Shown: in pieces, positions 11,716-37,491 of the stretch
How the letters are laid out: every line of letters begins with the position of its first letter
Numbering within the stretch: the first letter of the stretch is position 1
Assembly: GCA_043228905.1 (NCBI GenBank)
Contig: JBHGNT010000005.1
Location: 8,308,001-8,372,000 of the forward strand
Length of the DNA stretch: 64,000 nt
Origin: Azolla caroliniana
Taxonomy: Eukaryota > Plantae > Polypodiophyta
Direction of reading: 5' to 3'
Notes under the pieces: model-generated
What the model was told of the DNA's origin: nothing
Databases searched by the model: none
Seen by the model: the letters and a program-made list of their open reading frames with translations, nothing else
Translations under genes and position numbers: made by a program

Positions 11716-11785
11716 TCTTAGAAATAGTACTAGAGATAGAGAGGATTAGTACTAGAGAGAGAGGGAGGGAGGGAGGGAGGGATTA

Positions 11786-14440
11786 GGTGCAGTGTCACAC
11801 ATTATGGTAAATGGTGGAGTTACTAAGGCAATACGATTGAAAAGATCACTTAGAGAAGGATGTCCATTGAGTCCATTATTATTTCCAATTGCTACACACC
11901 CGATTTTGGTGAAGATGCATGACTTGGCAACACGTGGAGAAATAGTTGGATTAGCTCTACCATCAGGGAAACAATTGATCGACCAAGCATTGGGTGATAA
12001 TTTGTTTTTATTTCTCAAAGTTGCACCTGATAACATAGATAAGGCCATGGAGGTGTGGAATGTGTTTGCATCGGCATCAGGATTACATATAAATATGCAG
12101 AAATCGATGCTCATTAGATGCACTAAGAGTGATTTGGTTGATCTTGGATGGGGTGGCCAAATATTAGATCAAGGGAATGTGTGTCAACACTTAGGTTACC
12201 CTATTGGTGTTGATATCTCATCATCACAAATTTTGAATTGGATATCGGGAACCATTTTGGACAAATTTATGTATTGGAAGTCTCAAGCATGGCCATTTAG
12301 TACTCGTCTCAAAGTGGTACTAGCTATAATGATTCCAATGATTTCTTTTTTTTGCCATTGTTACCGTGGACAAAGCTATCACTTGATTGTTTACCTAGTT
12401 CACTTAAATATACACAATGGAAGAAAGAAACAAACCTTGGTATGAGTTGGGTATCATGGAACAATATTTGTACCCCAAAACGGTTAGGAAGTGTTGCTTT
12501 ACTAAATTTAGAAGATCATATGGTGGCTCGAAGATTCAATCTTTTGAAAGGTATGTGCATAGGTACCCAACCTTGGGAAAAAATAATTACTTATTTTGTG
12601 GAAAGGTTGGTATCATAGATTGACACATGCATGATATTCGTGATATTCTCTATGTGTGATATTCGTAATATTCGAGAATATGAAATCGCCCCAAAAATAT
12701 TCTAAAACCATTCGTTTTGCCAAATAAATATAAAAAATTAAATTTCTTTTTTTTATTTAAATAAATTTATTTCACCAAAAAAAGAACAATTATTCATTAA
12801 TAGATTATAGTGTCAGCCTTCAAGAGAGTTTATGAAACTTATTTTAATTAACTAATTAATTAATTAATTTTTTTAAAATAAATATTTTTATATTTATTAT
12901 AAAAATATGATTAGTGTGAACTTTCAAGTCCTATTTTTAATGGCAAGATAAAAATATCCATAAATTTTTAGGGAACAAAAAGTGAAAATTTAATGAACCT
13001 TTATTTTATTTTATTTATTTATTAAAAATAAAACGAATACTTATAGTTATAAGTTACATATTCATTATAAAAATTGAGTAGTCTAAAGTCCCTCTTTTAT
13101 TATCCCTATTTATTGTCAAGTTTCTTTTTTTTTTATCCTAAGAAATTAAAATAGATAAGTTATGTACTCTCTCTTTATTGGGTGAAACAAATACTTGACC
13201 ACCCATTCGTATTCGTATTCGTTTGCATTCGAATGGGAAACCCCACGAATGCGAATATGTCAATCTATGGTTGGTATTTACTATGGGAAAACGAGAATTA
13301 CAGCTTCGTGGAGGCATGTTGTTAATAGTACCCGACAATTTAAGTGTTCTGAATCTATTATGGTTCAACAATTGGTGCTTTCTTGGCAGCAGTGTTTGAA
13401 GTTGTTTAATTGGAGGCCTCCGGAGTGCATAAAAGATATAAATTCATTGGCAACAGAGGTGTTGGCAGCTTCAAGGATATTACACTGGGATGGAAAAGAA
13501 AGTCTAAATTCATAGTTCAATCGAATGGCAAGGCTAGGCTTGGTAACTGTGGAAGATGGTATTTCAGAGTCACGTAGAAAAATGATGGCCTTTCGGACAA
13601 TCAGAAAGAAGTTTCATATACCACGTGGATATGGGTATATTTTGCAATCAAATATTGGCATTGCCTAGATTAGTTTTCCCAATTCCAGAGTTGGTGGTCG
13701 AGGAACCATGGAAAGATTGGTCATTTGGTAATGGAAAATCGATTTATGTGGTGCGCACTAATGATGTGTACCATAAGTTGGTTGAAGATAGAGCTTGGTT
13801 AGCAAATAAGGTGTTGGATACATGGTACATTACTCAACATGCAAAGTGGTGGCGTAGAGTTTTGGATTCAGGATGGCAGTCTCATCTTCCGTTCTGTGCT
13901 AAGGTGTTTCTTTGGCGTGTGATTGTTGGTGGGTTGCCTTTGGCGATGGCCTTAAAACGAAGACATATTTCGAATGGGACATGTTTATTCTATACGGTGG
14001 TTGAAGAAGATGCTAGACATAGGTTCATTACATGTTCAGTTGCTAAAGCCATTTGGGTGATTATGTCACAAATTTGGGCATCGATAACAGGAAATATTTT
14101 GTCACCTTATAAATGGGTTTTTATGGATGAGGATAAAGGTATGCCCACACCATCGTATAAGGTTGTTTTTTATTACCTTAGGTATTGGGGGATGTGGTTT
14201 AATTGGACCATGAGAAATGAGCTCTTGTTTGATGGACTTCATGGGATAACACAACAACTCCGTAGGATGAAAGGGAAATTGATTTGGCAATTTTCACAAC
14301 TATGTTGTATGGGGACGTTATCCCAAGAATAGATAGGCTTATGTCATGAGGGTTTCCCTTGCACTATCACTATTTATGAAGTAGTGAAGATAGCAAGGGT
14401 TGTATTATCATCTTGTTTTAATAACAAACATTGATTTATG
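11786..14440 (+). mobile_element. 5'-truncated degenerate L1-clade LINE (RT C-terminal part and zf-RVT)
   Basis: LREGCPLSPLLF, LGYPIG, WVSWNNICTPKRLG, KVFLWRVIVGGLP...EEDARHRFITC; frameshifts present. Confidence 0.88.
12614..13269. mobile_element. hAT-type MITE inserted in the L1
   Basis: 12-bp TIR CATAGATTGACA/TGTCAATCTATG; perfect 8-bp TSD GTTGGTAT at 12606-12613 and 13270-13277; subterminal ATTCG repeats; AT-rich core. Confidence 0.93.
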
Positions 14441-14444
14441 AAAG

Positions 14445-14566
14445 AGAGATAGATAGATAGATAGATAGATAGATATATTATATTATATTATCGTCTTCGG
14501 AGGTCAAATATGACCTATGAGACCAAAAAAATTACATTTCACGTGATACATGTGAAAGTGAGTACT
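14445..14566 (-). mobile_element. Short 3'-end fragment of the RTE-X-like LINE with (ATCT)n tail
   Basis: Reverse complement matches 24298-24400. Confidence 0.88.
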
Positions 14567-14601
14567 AGATATATAGAGAGGAGGGAAAGACTGTGAGAAA
14601 A

Positions 14602-14655
<54 letters not shown>

Positions 14656-14850
14656 CCCGGTGTGGAAGAGAGAAATATGATAACAAGAAGTATATTAACA
14701 AGGATAGCTAAGGCTTACAACTGGCATTGAACTGAATTGAATTTGAATAGTGCCATATGCCTCTATTTATAGTATTGTGAGGCGTATTCATGAAGTTTCT
14801 AGAATGTTCCAGAGTAATCCAAAATATACACGAATTTTCTGTAATAAAAT

Positions 14851-17800
14851 TGTAAAAGGTAGCGTGCAGAAGCTTGACAAAACCGGTGTAGCCGGGCAAC
14901 AATAGAGAATAGAAAACACAGGTTCAATGGAAGCTTGAGAATATTTAGCATACACGGGAGAGACAGAGAGAGAGAGAGACCAAAACATAAAACTCTATTC
15001 TAAAATAATAATCCTCTGTATACATAAAATGTGCTCAGAGAGCATTTTTATACAAGTCCATAAAGGACTGACAGGTACTTCAATGCTCATACGAGCAACT
15101 ATCACTGACTCCCAAAAATATGCCTACGTACTAGGCTAGATCCGTAGGCCTCTAACGGCCTACTGGTTTCAATCTGATCTGGCTCTCGATCCGGCTCCTA
15201 GTTCCGGATATCGTCCGAACACCGATCCGGTTCTTTGTTCCAAATACTGATCCGACTCTGGCTTATTCAGCCGATCCAGATCCAGTTGAGCTTGCTTGCT
15301 CAACACTCCCCCACAAGCTTGAGGTCGGATCGTTGTGTAAGTTTCTGTGGTAGCCAGTTCTTCCGTCCGACTTCTTCTGGCATCCTCCCGCCTTGGTCGC
15401 GCTCCTCATTCGGTCTGATTCTGCTTCCTACGACCCATCCGGTTCTGCGCACCTTGTCCCACTTGGTCGGCTTGTCTACTCAACAAGCCCATTTCAGCTC
15501 CTTCACTGCTATGACTCAGGCGCTTGTCGACCCATCTATTTTTCTGTGTCGGTGTCGACTTCCGTAGCCTTCTTGTTTGCTTGGCCTTTAGTTGATCCAA
15601 CTCTTCCGAATCCAACTGTTGAACCGAATCGGCTTCCTCCGATTCATTCCAGCTCTTGTCCGAGTTGGTAGTCTACAACTCAACTTCCGTTTTTAGGCCC
15701 TTCACCACATCAGACCACGTCCGGGTCTTGGCCTTCTTCTGGTCGGCTCTACCGCCGCTGCTGCTTGCTCCGACTTGTTCGGATGTGCCGACTCCTTCGG
15801 TCAACTCGGCTTCCTCTATCTGCTCATCTCCCCCCTTGGTTCATACTTCCTCTTCGGCTCTTTGTCTGGTGCCATATGTTCCCATTCCTGTTCTCCACCT
15901 GAAGTGCGGCACATCAAGATCATGAATGTCGAGCATCTCCGAAAAATGTTGCAATTTGTCCAATCCAAGCGGCTTGGTGAAGATGTTGCCAACCTTCCGA
16001 TCCGTGTGAACATACCAAAGTTCAACTTCACCGCTCAGGACCCGCTCACGAACAAAGTGATAATACAATTCTCCGAGCATGGAATATAGGGTTCTTGGCG
16101 AGTTGTATGCTGCTTACGTTGTCACAATAAATCGGGATCGGGGTCGGCACCTCGATCCGGAGGTTTTGCCGCAATCGCCAAAGCCAGATGGCTTCACATG
16201 TGGCAATGGTAGCGCCCTGGTACTCAGCCTCAGTGCTCGACAGAGCCACTATTGGCTGCTTTTTGCTGCTCCATGCAACAACCGCGCTACCAAGAGAAAA
16301 CATGTAACCAGAGGTGGATCGACGATCCGATGCATCACCAGCCTAGTCAGCATCGGTATATCCGACCAGCTTCCCAGCTATACCGTGTCGGTATAACAGT
16401 CCTCGGTCCTTCGTGTCGCTCATATATCGCAATAGTCTATGCGCGCACTGAAGGTGCTCCACGGTCGGCTTCTACATAAACTGGCTAATCACCCCGCCTG
16501 GATAAGTGATGTCGGGTCGGGTGATCGTCAAGTATATAAGGCTTCCGACAATTTGTCAGAACCATTTCTCATCGCAGGCTGGGCCGGAGTCGGGATGTAG
16601 CTTCAGGTTCCGGTCCAGGGGTGTGGAGATCGGTCGGCATTCCGTCATCCTGAACTTGTACAACATATTCAACACATAGTGTCTTTGTGAGAGCAATATG
16701 CCATCGGGGGTCCGGATCACCTCGATCCCAAGAAAATAATGAAGGTTCCCCAGGTCCTTCATTTCAAATGCATCCGACAACTAGGACTTCACTCTGCCGA
16801 TTTCATCCAATCCGGGTTTGGTGATGACTAAATCATCAACATATAGCAGGATACAAACCGGACCGTCTGGACCTTTCCATATGAACAGTGATGAGTCGGA
16901 CTTTGAGGATGCCAACCCCATCTTATGTAACCGGTGTGTTATCTTTGCATTCCAAGCTCGAGGGGCTTGCTTCAAACCGTAAAGTGACTTCTTGAGTCAG
17001 CATATTGCCGAATTGTTCATCTCTGATTGGAATCCGGGGGGTTGGATCATATAGACCCGTTCTTCAAGGTCACCTTGAAGAAACACATTCTTCACATCCA
17101 TTTGGTGAAAGATGACATCCCCTTGCCGCAGCAACAGCCAGTACCACACAAACCGTCGTCATCTTTGCTACCGGAGCAATGGTCTCATCGTAGTCGATTC
17201 CGTGGGTCTGTGCGTGTATCCCTTTGCCACTAACCGAGCCTTGTACCAGTGGACCAAACCGTCGGCATTGTACTTCACCTTATATACCCATTTGTAACCG
17301 ATCGGTTTACACTGTCGGGGAGGGTCAACCAGGTCCCATGTTTCGTTGGCATCAAGTGCCTGCATTTCTTCCTCCATAGCAGCATGCCAATTTGCGTCTT
17401 TTGTTGCTTCTGCGTAGCTCTCCGGCTCAAGCACTTCCCCGCCACCTTAGTCATGACATGTACTCATTTTATCCGTACCTCTGGACGGGGTTCTTCTAGC
17501 GGATTGAGCGGCATAACTTTTCGTTAGCCGGTTTGAGGCCCTTCTTGGCCGGCTCAGACTTCCTTTCTAAAGATCCGCCTTCTTCCTTTGCGGGGTCATA
17601 TTCCGGCATCTTCTTCTTCACCTTCTCTTTGCGCGTGAACCGTCTCCTCAGTTTGCTCCAATCCGACCCTTCACTGTCGGTATCGTATTCCGGCATCTTC
17701 TTCTTCCCCTTCTCTTTGCACGTGAACCGCGTCTCCTCAGTTTCTTGCACGGGGAGAGCACAGTAAGTCTCCACTACTCGCCGGTTCTTCATTTGACTGG

Positions 17801-17966
17801 TCATCCCAACTCAGCCGCTCATTCGGTCCACTTAGCCGGAATGACATCGGACTCTCATCTAGGGTACCGAATCCTTCAACTTCTCTTCTTGAACCTCTCC
17901 GGGTTCACTAGCCTCATCCTCCAGAATCGGGTCTTCGTCAGGAGTCGGGTTGGAGTCGGTAGGGAG
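14851..17966 (-). mobile_element. Degenerate, 5'-truncated Ty1/copia (element E): RT-RNase H and 3' LTR 14851-15305
   Basis: [61 protein letters not shown]; PPT next to 15306; LTR homologous to 43037-43462. Confidence 0.92.
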
Positions 17967-18371
17967 TGTCATGATATGGCAAGACTCGAACCCATGACCT
18001 TAGGTTACATAGGTCGAGCTCTTGACCATTATACCATTGTAATACGTAAGATATTATTTTCATTTAAGTTTTATTATAGAAAATTGATGTATATTCCAGA
18101 TTTCTCTAGAGCATTCTAGAAACTTCAAGAGTATTCTTGAGAATACTATAAAATGAGGCACAAGGCATTATTTTGAACCAAATCGGTTCAACACCAGTCT
18201 TAAGCCTCCTAGTTGTTCTTGTATCTTTCTCCTTATAATATATATCTTCTCTCTCTCTCTCTCTCTCTCTCATGAGTTCCACACCATCTTTTCATCTTAA
18301 GTGCTCATAGTACTCATCCTCCTCTACCTCCAGTACTAATTCCTTCTCCGTCTTTAGTACTATTCCTTACA
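17967..18371 (+). mobile_element. Complete gypsy-type LTR (F) without a matching TSD
   Basis: TGTCATGA...CCTTACA; tRNA-like module, heat-shock element, TATA, (CT)n; flanks GGGAG and ATGAG differ. Confidence 0.8.
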
Positions 18372-19029
18372 ATGAGCACACGGGCTCGAAGACTTAGCAA
18401 GAACGAGAGCGGGAGAAGCAATACCTCCCGATAACAGAAACAAAGGGAAAAAAGTGGACACCACACACACACACAGATGGATAGTTATAGTTTAGAAGAT
18501 AGGAAAGAATACAACCGAACTCGGTGGGTAACAGCGCTCACGAGCTCTGCTCAACCACACACACAGAGAATGGATGATCCTCTAGTCGAGAGCGCACGAG
18601 CTTCCTGCACGAGCAGTGGCTTCACCACACCTAATCGAATGGTCCCTTTCAAGGGATTCAACACTAGGCATTGACACATCAATACAATATTCTCGTTTCG
18701 CCCCATCTTGTCTCAAGTTCCAAGATTGAATATCTCTAGAATATACTTAAGAAATATCTCTAGAATATACCGTGCAATATTTCTAGAATATACGAACGAC
18801 TAGAATATTCTTATTCTAAAATGTATTATACACTAGACTAGAGAATACTAAACTATCATATACAAATGTGTGCTTATATTAAAATGGTTGAGCATGACAT
18901 CTTGTTGATGTGAGGTTGTAGGTTCAATTCTCACCAACTAATACAGTGTCATGACATTATCCTCCCCTTTATGGACACCTTTTCAAAAGCGTGGCGTAGG
19001 GGTGAGCGGGAAGTGGAGCACCGATGAGT

Positions 19030-19557
19030 GTGAGAAACCCTATGCTGTCCTCACTAGAGGCACGAACACCAATGGACGTGAGTGACCATGTGTGGTCCTC
19101 ACCGGAGACTGGAACACCAATGGATGTGAGCGACCATGTGTGGCCCTCAGAGGAGACTGGAACATCGACGGACGTGAGTGACCATGTGCGGTCCTCACCG
19201 GAGACTGGAACACCGACTGGCGTGAGCGACCATGTGCGGTCCTCATCGAAGACTGGAACATCGACGGACATGAGCGACCATGTGCGATCCTCACAGGAGA
19301 CTGGAACATTGACGGACGTGAGCGACCATGTGCAGTCCTCACCGGAGACTGGAACATAGACAAACGTGAGCGACCATGTGCGGTCCTCATTGGGAACACG
19401 AACGGGAGTGGGTGACCATGCGGTCCTCGTCGAGAACTGGAACACGAACGGGAGTGGGCGACCATGCGGTCCTCACCAAGAATTGGAACACGAACAAGAG
19501 TGAGCGACCATGCGGTGACCAGTCCTCATCAAGAACTTGAACACGAATGGGAGTGAG
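19030..19557 (-). repeat. 48-bp hairpin tandem array of element C (continues at 28379-~28510 beyond copia D)
   Basis: GTGAGCGACCATGTGCGGTCCTCACCGGAGACTGGAAC units, reverse complement of the array in A; units shorten toward 19557. Confidence 0.93.
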
Positions 19558-19562
19558 CAACC

Positions 19563-28373
<8,811 letters not shown>

Positions 28374-28723
28374 CAACCATGTGGTCCTCACCGAGAATTG
28401 GACATGAATGGGAGTGAGCGACATGTGCGGTCCTCATCAAGAATTGGAACTAGAACACAAACGGGTGTGAGCGACCATGTGCGGTCCTCATTGGGAACTG
28501 GAACAACAATGGGCGAAGGAGTGCAGGTTAAGCGGTCAACTCGACTTCTTCTATCATGAGAGGGTAAATAGTCGAGGTTGACCCAAAACACGGCACAAAT
28601 GTAGCTCTAGCGAGAAACTGACGCGATCCCCAACAGGAAAGTGAGCAATTGTGACCCCCACCAGAATTAGAAGGTGAGAACAACCCATCGAGTTAGGTAT
28701 TGGAATGGGCTCCGGTAGAAGAT

Positions 28724-28825
28724 ATGAATCTAGAAGTAATAGCACAACTTGCTGTTTTGGCGTTAGTAGTTGCATCGGGACCACTAGTAATTGCTTTGTC
28801 AGCCGCCCGAAAGGGTAATTTATGA
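28724..28825 (+). pseudogene. ycf12: Plastid-derived ycf12/psb30 (photosystem II Psb30) in a nuclear plastid-DNA insertion at ~28513-28989
   Basis: Intact 33-codon frame [33 protein letters not shown], matching recalled Psb30 sequences. Confidence 0.92.
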
Positions 28826-28968
28826 ATTAATTCCGGCAAATGAAAGGACTTCTCACTCGGGGCTGAGCAGCATAGTCCGTGGGGGACACCTCAGAGAGTG
28901 ATCGGGGGTCCCTCGAGCATAATTAGAATTAGACAGAGGACCCGTCTGTGTAATACAATTAGATTGTG

Positions 28969-28989
28969 GCGGGTATGGTTTTGTGGTAA
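28969..28989 (+). pseudogene. trnG: 5' exon fragment of plastid trnG-UCC
   Basis: GCGGGTATGGTTTTGTGGTAA versus the recalled GCGGGTATAGTTTAGTGGTAAAA; lies downstream of ycf12 as in plastomes; preceded by TAGACA/TACAAT promoter-like boxes. Confidence 0.75.
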
Positions 28990-29839
28990 TCGATCCTTGT
29001 CAAAAGAAAATGGAGTGAAATGTAGACCAAAATGGAAATGAAGTGCAAGAGAGCAATGATACAATCCCCACCAAGAAAGTGAGTGGTTGTAACCCCGACT
29101 TGAACTGTGAAGGTGTGTGATCATAATCAATCCTCGCCAAAATCGTAATGCAAAATGATACCTATAGATTGTGACAATGACAATGAAGAGGGCGGAACAA
29201 TGATGATAATGAAAGACCATGCAAAGTATTGTTCATGACGATGAAGTTTGGGCAAGGTAGCGTCGATGAAGACAAAAAGAGGCGCTGAAAAATGATGATG
29301 TCGAAGACGAGGTAGTGAAGACAATGAGGATGAGGAAACGTCTCTAGAAAGAACGATTGTGATTGTAGTGGCGATAGTGTCTCTAAAATCAAGGATGTTG
29401 ATGATGATAACTCTTGAAGCAAGGATGATGATGATGGTAACTCTAGAAGCAAGGGCGATGACAAAGTCGGGTGATGCTTCCAGTTGGAAGGGATTCAAAT
29501 TGTCACGGACACACCAACCACGGACTCGGACGGAGCACAAATGATGGGGCTAAGAGCGTGGAACTTAAGAAGCTAGGAACGACATAAGAGCATGAAGACA
29601 AAGACAAAGACCAAGGAGACAAGACGGGGCGAAACGAGAATATTGTATTGATGTGTCAATGACTGGTGTTGAATCCCTTGAAAGGGACCAAGGAGGTTAC
29701 AAGTATTTATACAAGTTTTGAGATTGAATATCTCTCGAATATACACATCTAGAATATACCGTACAATATTTCTAGAATATACTAACGACTAGAATATTTT
29801 GATTCTAAAATCTACTATACGCTAGACTAGAGAATATTA

Positions 29840-29894
<55 letters not shown>

Positions 29895-30589
29895 TGCTCA
29901 TATCAAAATGGTTGAGCATGACATCTTGTTGATGTGAGGTTCTAGGTTTAATCCTCACCAACTGTGTACTTTATGTCATTGTGTCGTGACAGAATGCTAA
30001 CCGACAGTCGACAACGCCCACCAACAGCACTTCCGCCTCCAAAACGTTGGATCCCTTCCTCAGTCTCTATCCTCTCCTTTTATAGCCCAAGGAGAGGTTG
30101 TTACATCAGTCATAAAGACAATCGTTTTTCTGTCAGATTCCCACGATATCCTCCTATCACTCACTTTTATTCTCCGCTTTTTTGTGGGACAATAAAAGTA
30201 CCTAACTACATTCTACCTCGTACTTATAAATACTTTATATTTACAAATGTATGTGCACAAGACCCCTTTCATGCACATACATGCACACTCCGTGTTCACA
30301 CGCATCTGGAGAGTTCTCCTTCTCGTTGCCGAAATTCCCCATTCATACGCATCCGGCGTCCTTTCTCCCCTTTGCCAGAATCCTCCACAACAATGTTGAT
30401 AGTGAATTATTTTTGGACTAGGTCCCGTGTTTTTTACCTCCTTTTGGGTTTTCCATGTTAAAACTTTATGATGTATCGTGCATGGTTTTTGTTGTGTATC
30501 ATGTTGTTTTCTTTGAATAATTTTGCACAGCATAATCTTTGTCTCATATAAGTGATAAAGTGCTATCGAGATTCTGATCATGTTGTTAA

Positions 30590-31640
30590 TAATCTCATGT
30601 ACGCAATGATAGCAGCTAGGGCAGACATTGCATTTGTAGTGGGAGTTGTGAGTAAATTTTTGTCAAATTCTAGTTAGAAACACTGAGAAACAATTAAGAT
30701 GATTTGAGATATCTTAGTGGCACTAGGAATAAGTGTCTATGTTTAAGTGACGAATATGTATCTATTATTGGATATACATACTTTGATTATGTTGGTTGTT
30801 CTAACAACATAAAGTATACTTCAAGGTACATCTTTCGATTTATGGGAGGTGCCATATCTTGGAGATCTCGTCTCCAAGAGTGTATTGCTCTGTGCAGAAG
30901 CATAGTGTGTGTGTGAGAGTGGGGTGTGAGGAAGAGAAGGAATCAGAGAAAATAACTAGAAATAATAAAATTCACAGTAAGGGGATGATAGCTTATGCAA
31001 TGAAAAGAAAACTACATTGATCAACTAAACACAATCATCACCTAAAGGCAATGGACCAAGGGGGTTCTATATACAAGTCCGCAATGAACTACCACATTAA
31101 ATGTGGTTGGTGGAGTCTACTCATAGATATCCACTCAAGTACGATTTTGTCATAAGAATATCTTATATTCTTTGATCACATTTACACTTGACAGCTAACT
31201 AGATACCACAACCTAGTTCTCCGTGTAACTAGATAGTTCACACTTACAAAAAAGTGTGCTCATGCACTTTTTCACACTTCGTGATTTTCTTCACAGGCAC
31301 GTTCACACAAGATGAGCTTTACTCTCAACACTCTTGTCTATTTTAGAAATTGTTAGTGAGGATGTAAGGAAGTTGTAAGGTTTTCCGAACTAGTTTGTGC
31401 CATGGGCATACCGACTTGTACCCATGTTTTGTGACAATCAAAGTAACATTGCATTGATTAAGAATGCAGTGTATCATGCAAAGACCAAGACCAAGCACAT
31501 TGGAGTCTGATACCATTTCATCTCAACATGCATAGCTATTGGCTGCATTAATCTCGAGAAGATTGTTTCTCAAGAAACTTTTGCAAATACATTGACCAAA
31601 GTTCTATTGCATGATGCGCTAGAGCATTGTTGTCACTTTG
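30590..31640 (+). mobile_element. Highly degraded copia RT/RNase H remnant, interrupted by a minus-strand LTR at ~30891-31330 related to 10624-11002
   Basis: GGAISWRSRLQECIAL; CDNQS..KNAVYHAKT..KHIGV*YHF; CTCTCAACA terminus at 31330. Confidence 0.7.
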
Positions 31641-32540
31641 GGAATTTCTTAGTTCTCCAAGTCACATTATTTTGTCTTAGAGCATTGTTGTCACTCTATG
31701 AATTTCTTAGTTCTCCAAGTCACATGATTTTGTCATATGTATATTATGTAACATGCTCATCAATATTATGTAACATGCTCATCAGGTAGGAGGTTTAGGT
31801 GGTTTATGTCCCATACGATCCCATTAGTTTCACCATTTCTTTTGGCCTTTAGGGGTGGAGATTGATACAGTGTAAAAGGCCAAAACCATAATTCCCACTA
31901 ATATTCAGACGTATATAGGTCAAAGTGTGATCAAAGGGCCTTTGTGTGCCACCAAATAGTTGTGCACCGGTGAAAACAGCTGCTCGGTTGCCTCTTCCCC
32001 CTCTGCCAACAGTTTTAACATCCATATGAATAGCCAAGACATGTAATACCTAAAGAATAACCTCTCGTCGCATTCAAGTATAAGCTCATTAGCTAACTGT
32101 GTATGATAGACATAGATTTAAATCAGCATGACAGCGCAATAAATGTTGATACCCTGACATCAAAGCAAAATTTTGAAACTAGTATATACACATCACCAAA
32201 GCTAGTAGTGATAAAACTTAGCAAATTTACTTTTTATTCCATTTTAAGAACAAAGAGTTCTAAACATATACGATAATGAAAAGGATCATTACAAATTGAT
32301 TTAACATATTGAAAACCTCTAAATGCTGTAATTATCCGCAGCTAGTTTTACTGTAGAGACTAGCTTTTCTACAACACTGAAAATAATTAATGAAGAAATC
32401 AATCCCATGATAAATTCCACTGGCAGCATCATGGTATACTGACAAATTACCATCCAATGGAACCACAAATATAAGTAAAGCTACATAGGAGTATAATTGA
32501 TTGAAATATGCATCTTATATTTCTGTGATAGGAATTGTTC

Positions 32541-37491
<4,951 letters not shown>

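Larger units (their letters stand above)
11717..14850 (-). mobile_element. Gypsy-type LTR fragment (same family as 17967-18371), pieces ~11717-11785 and ~14561-14850, interrupted by LINEs and cut by a copia LTR
   Basis: Reverse-complement similarity to 18070-18371 (AGTACTA end motifs, TATA, TTCTAGAA array). Confidence 0.65.
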
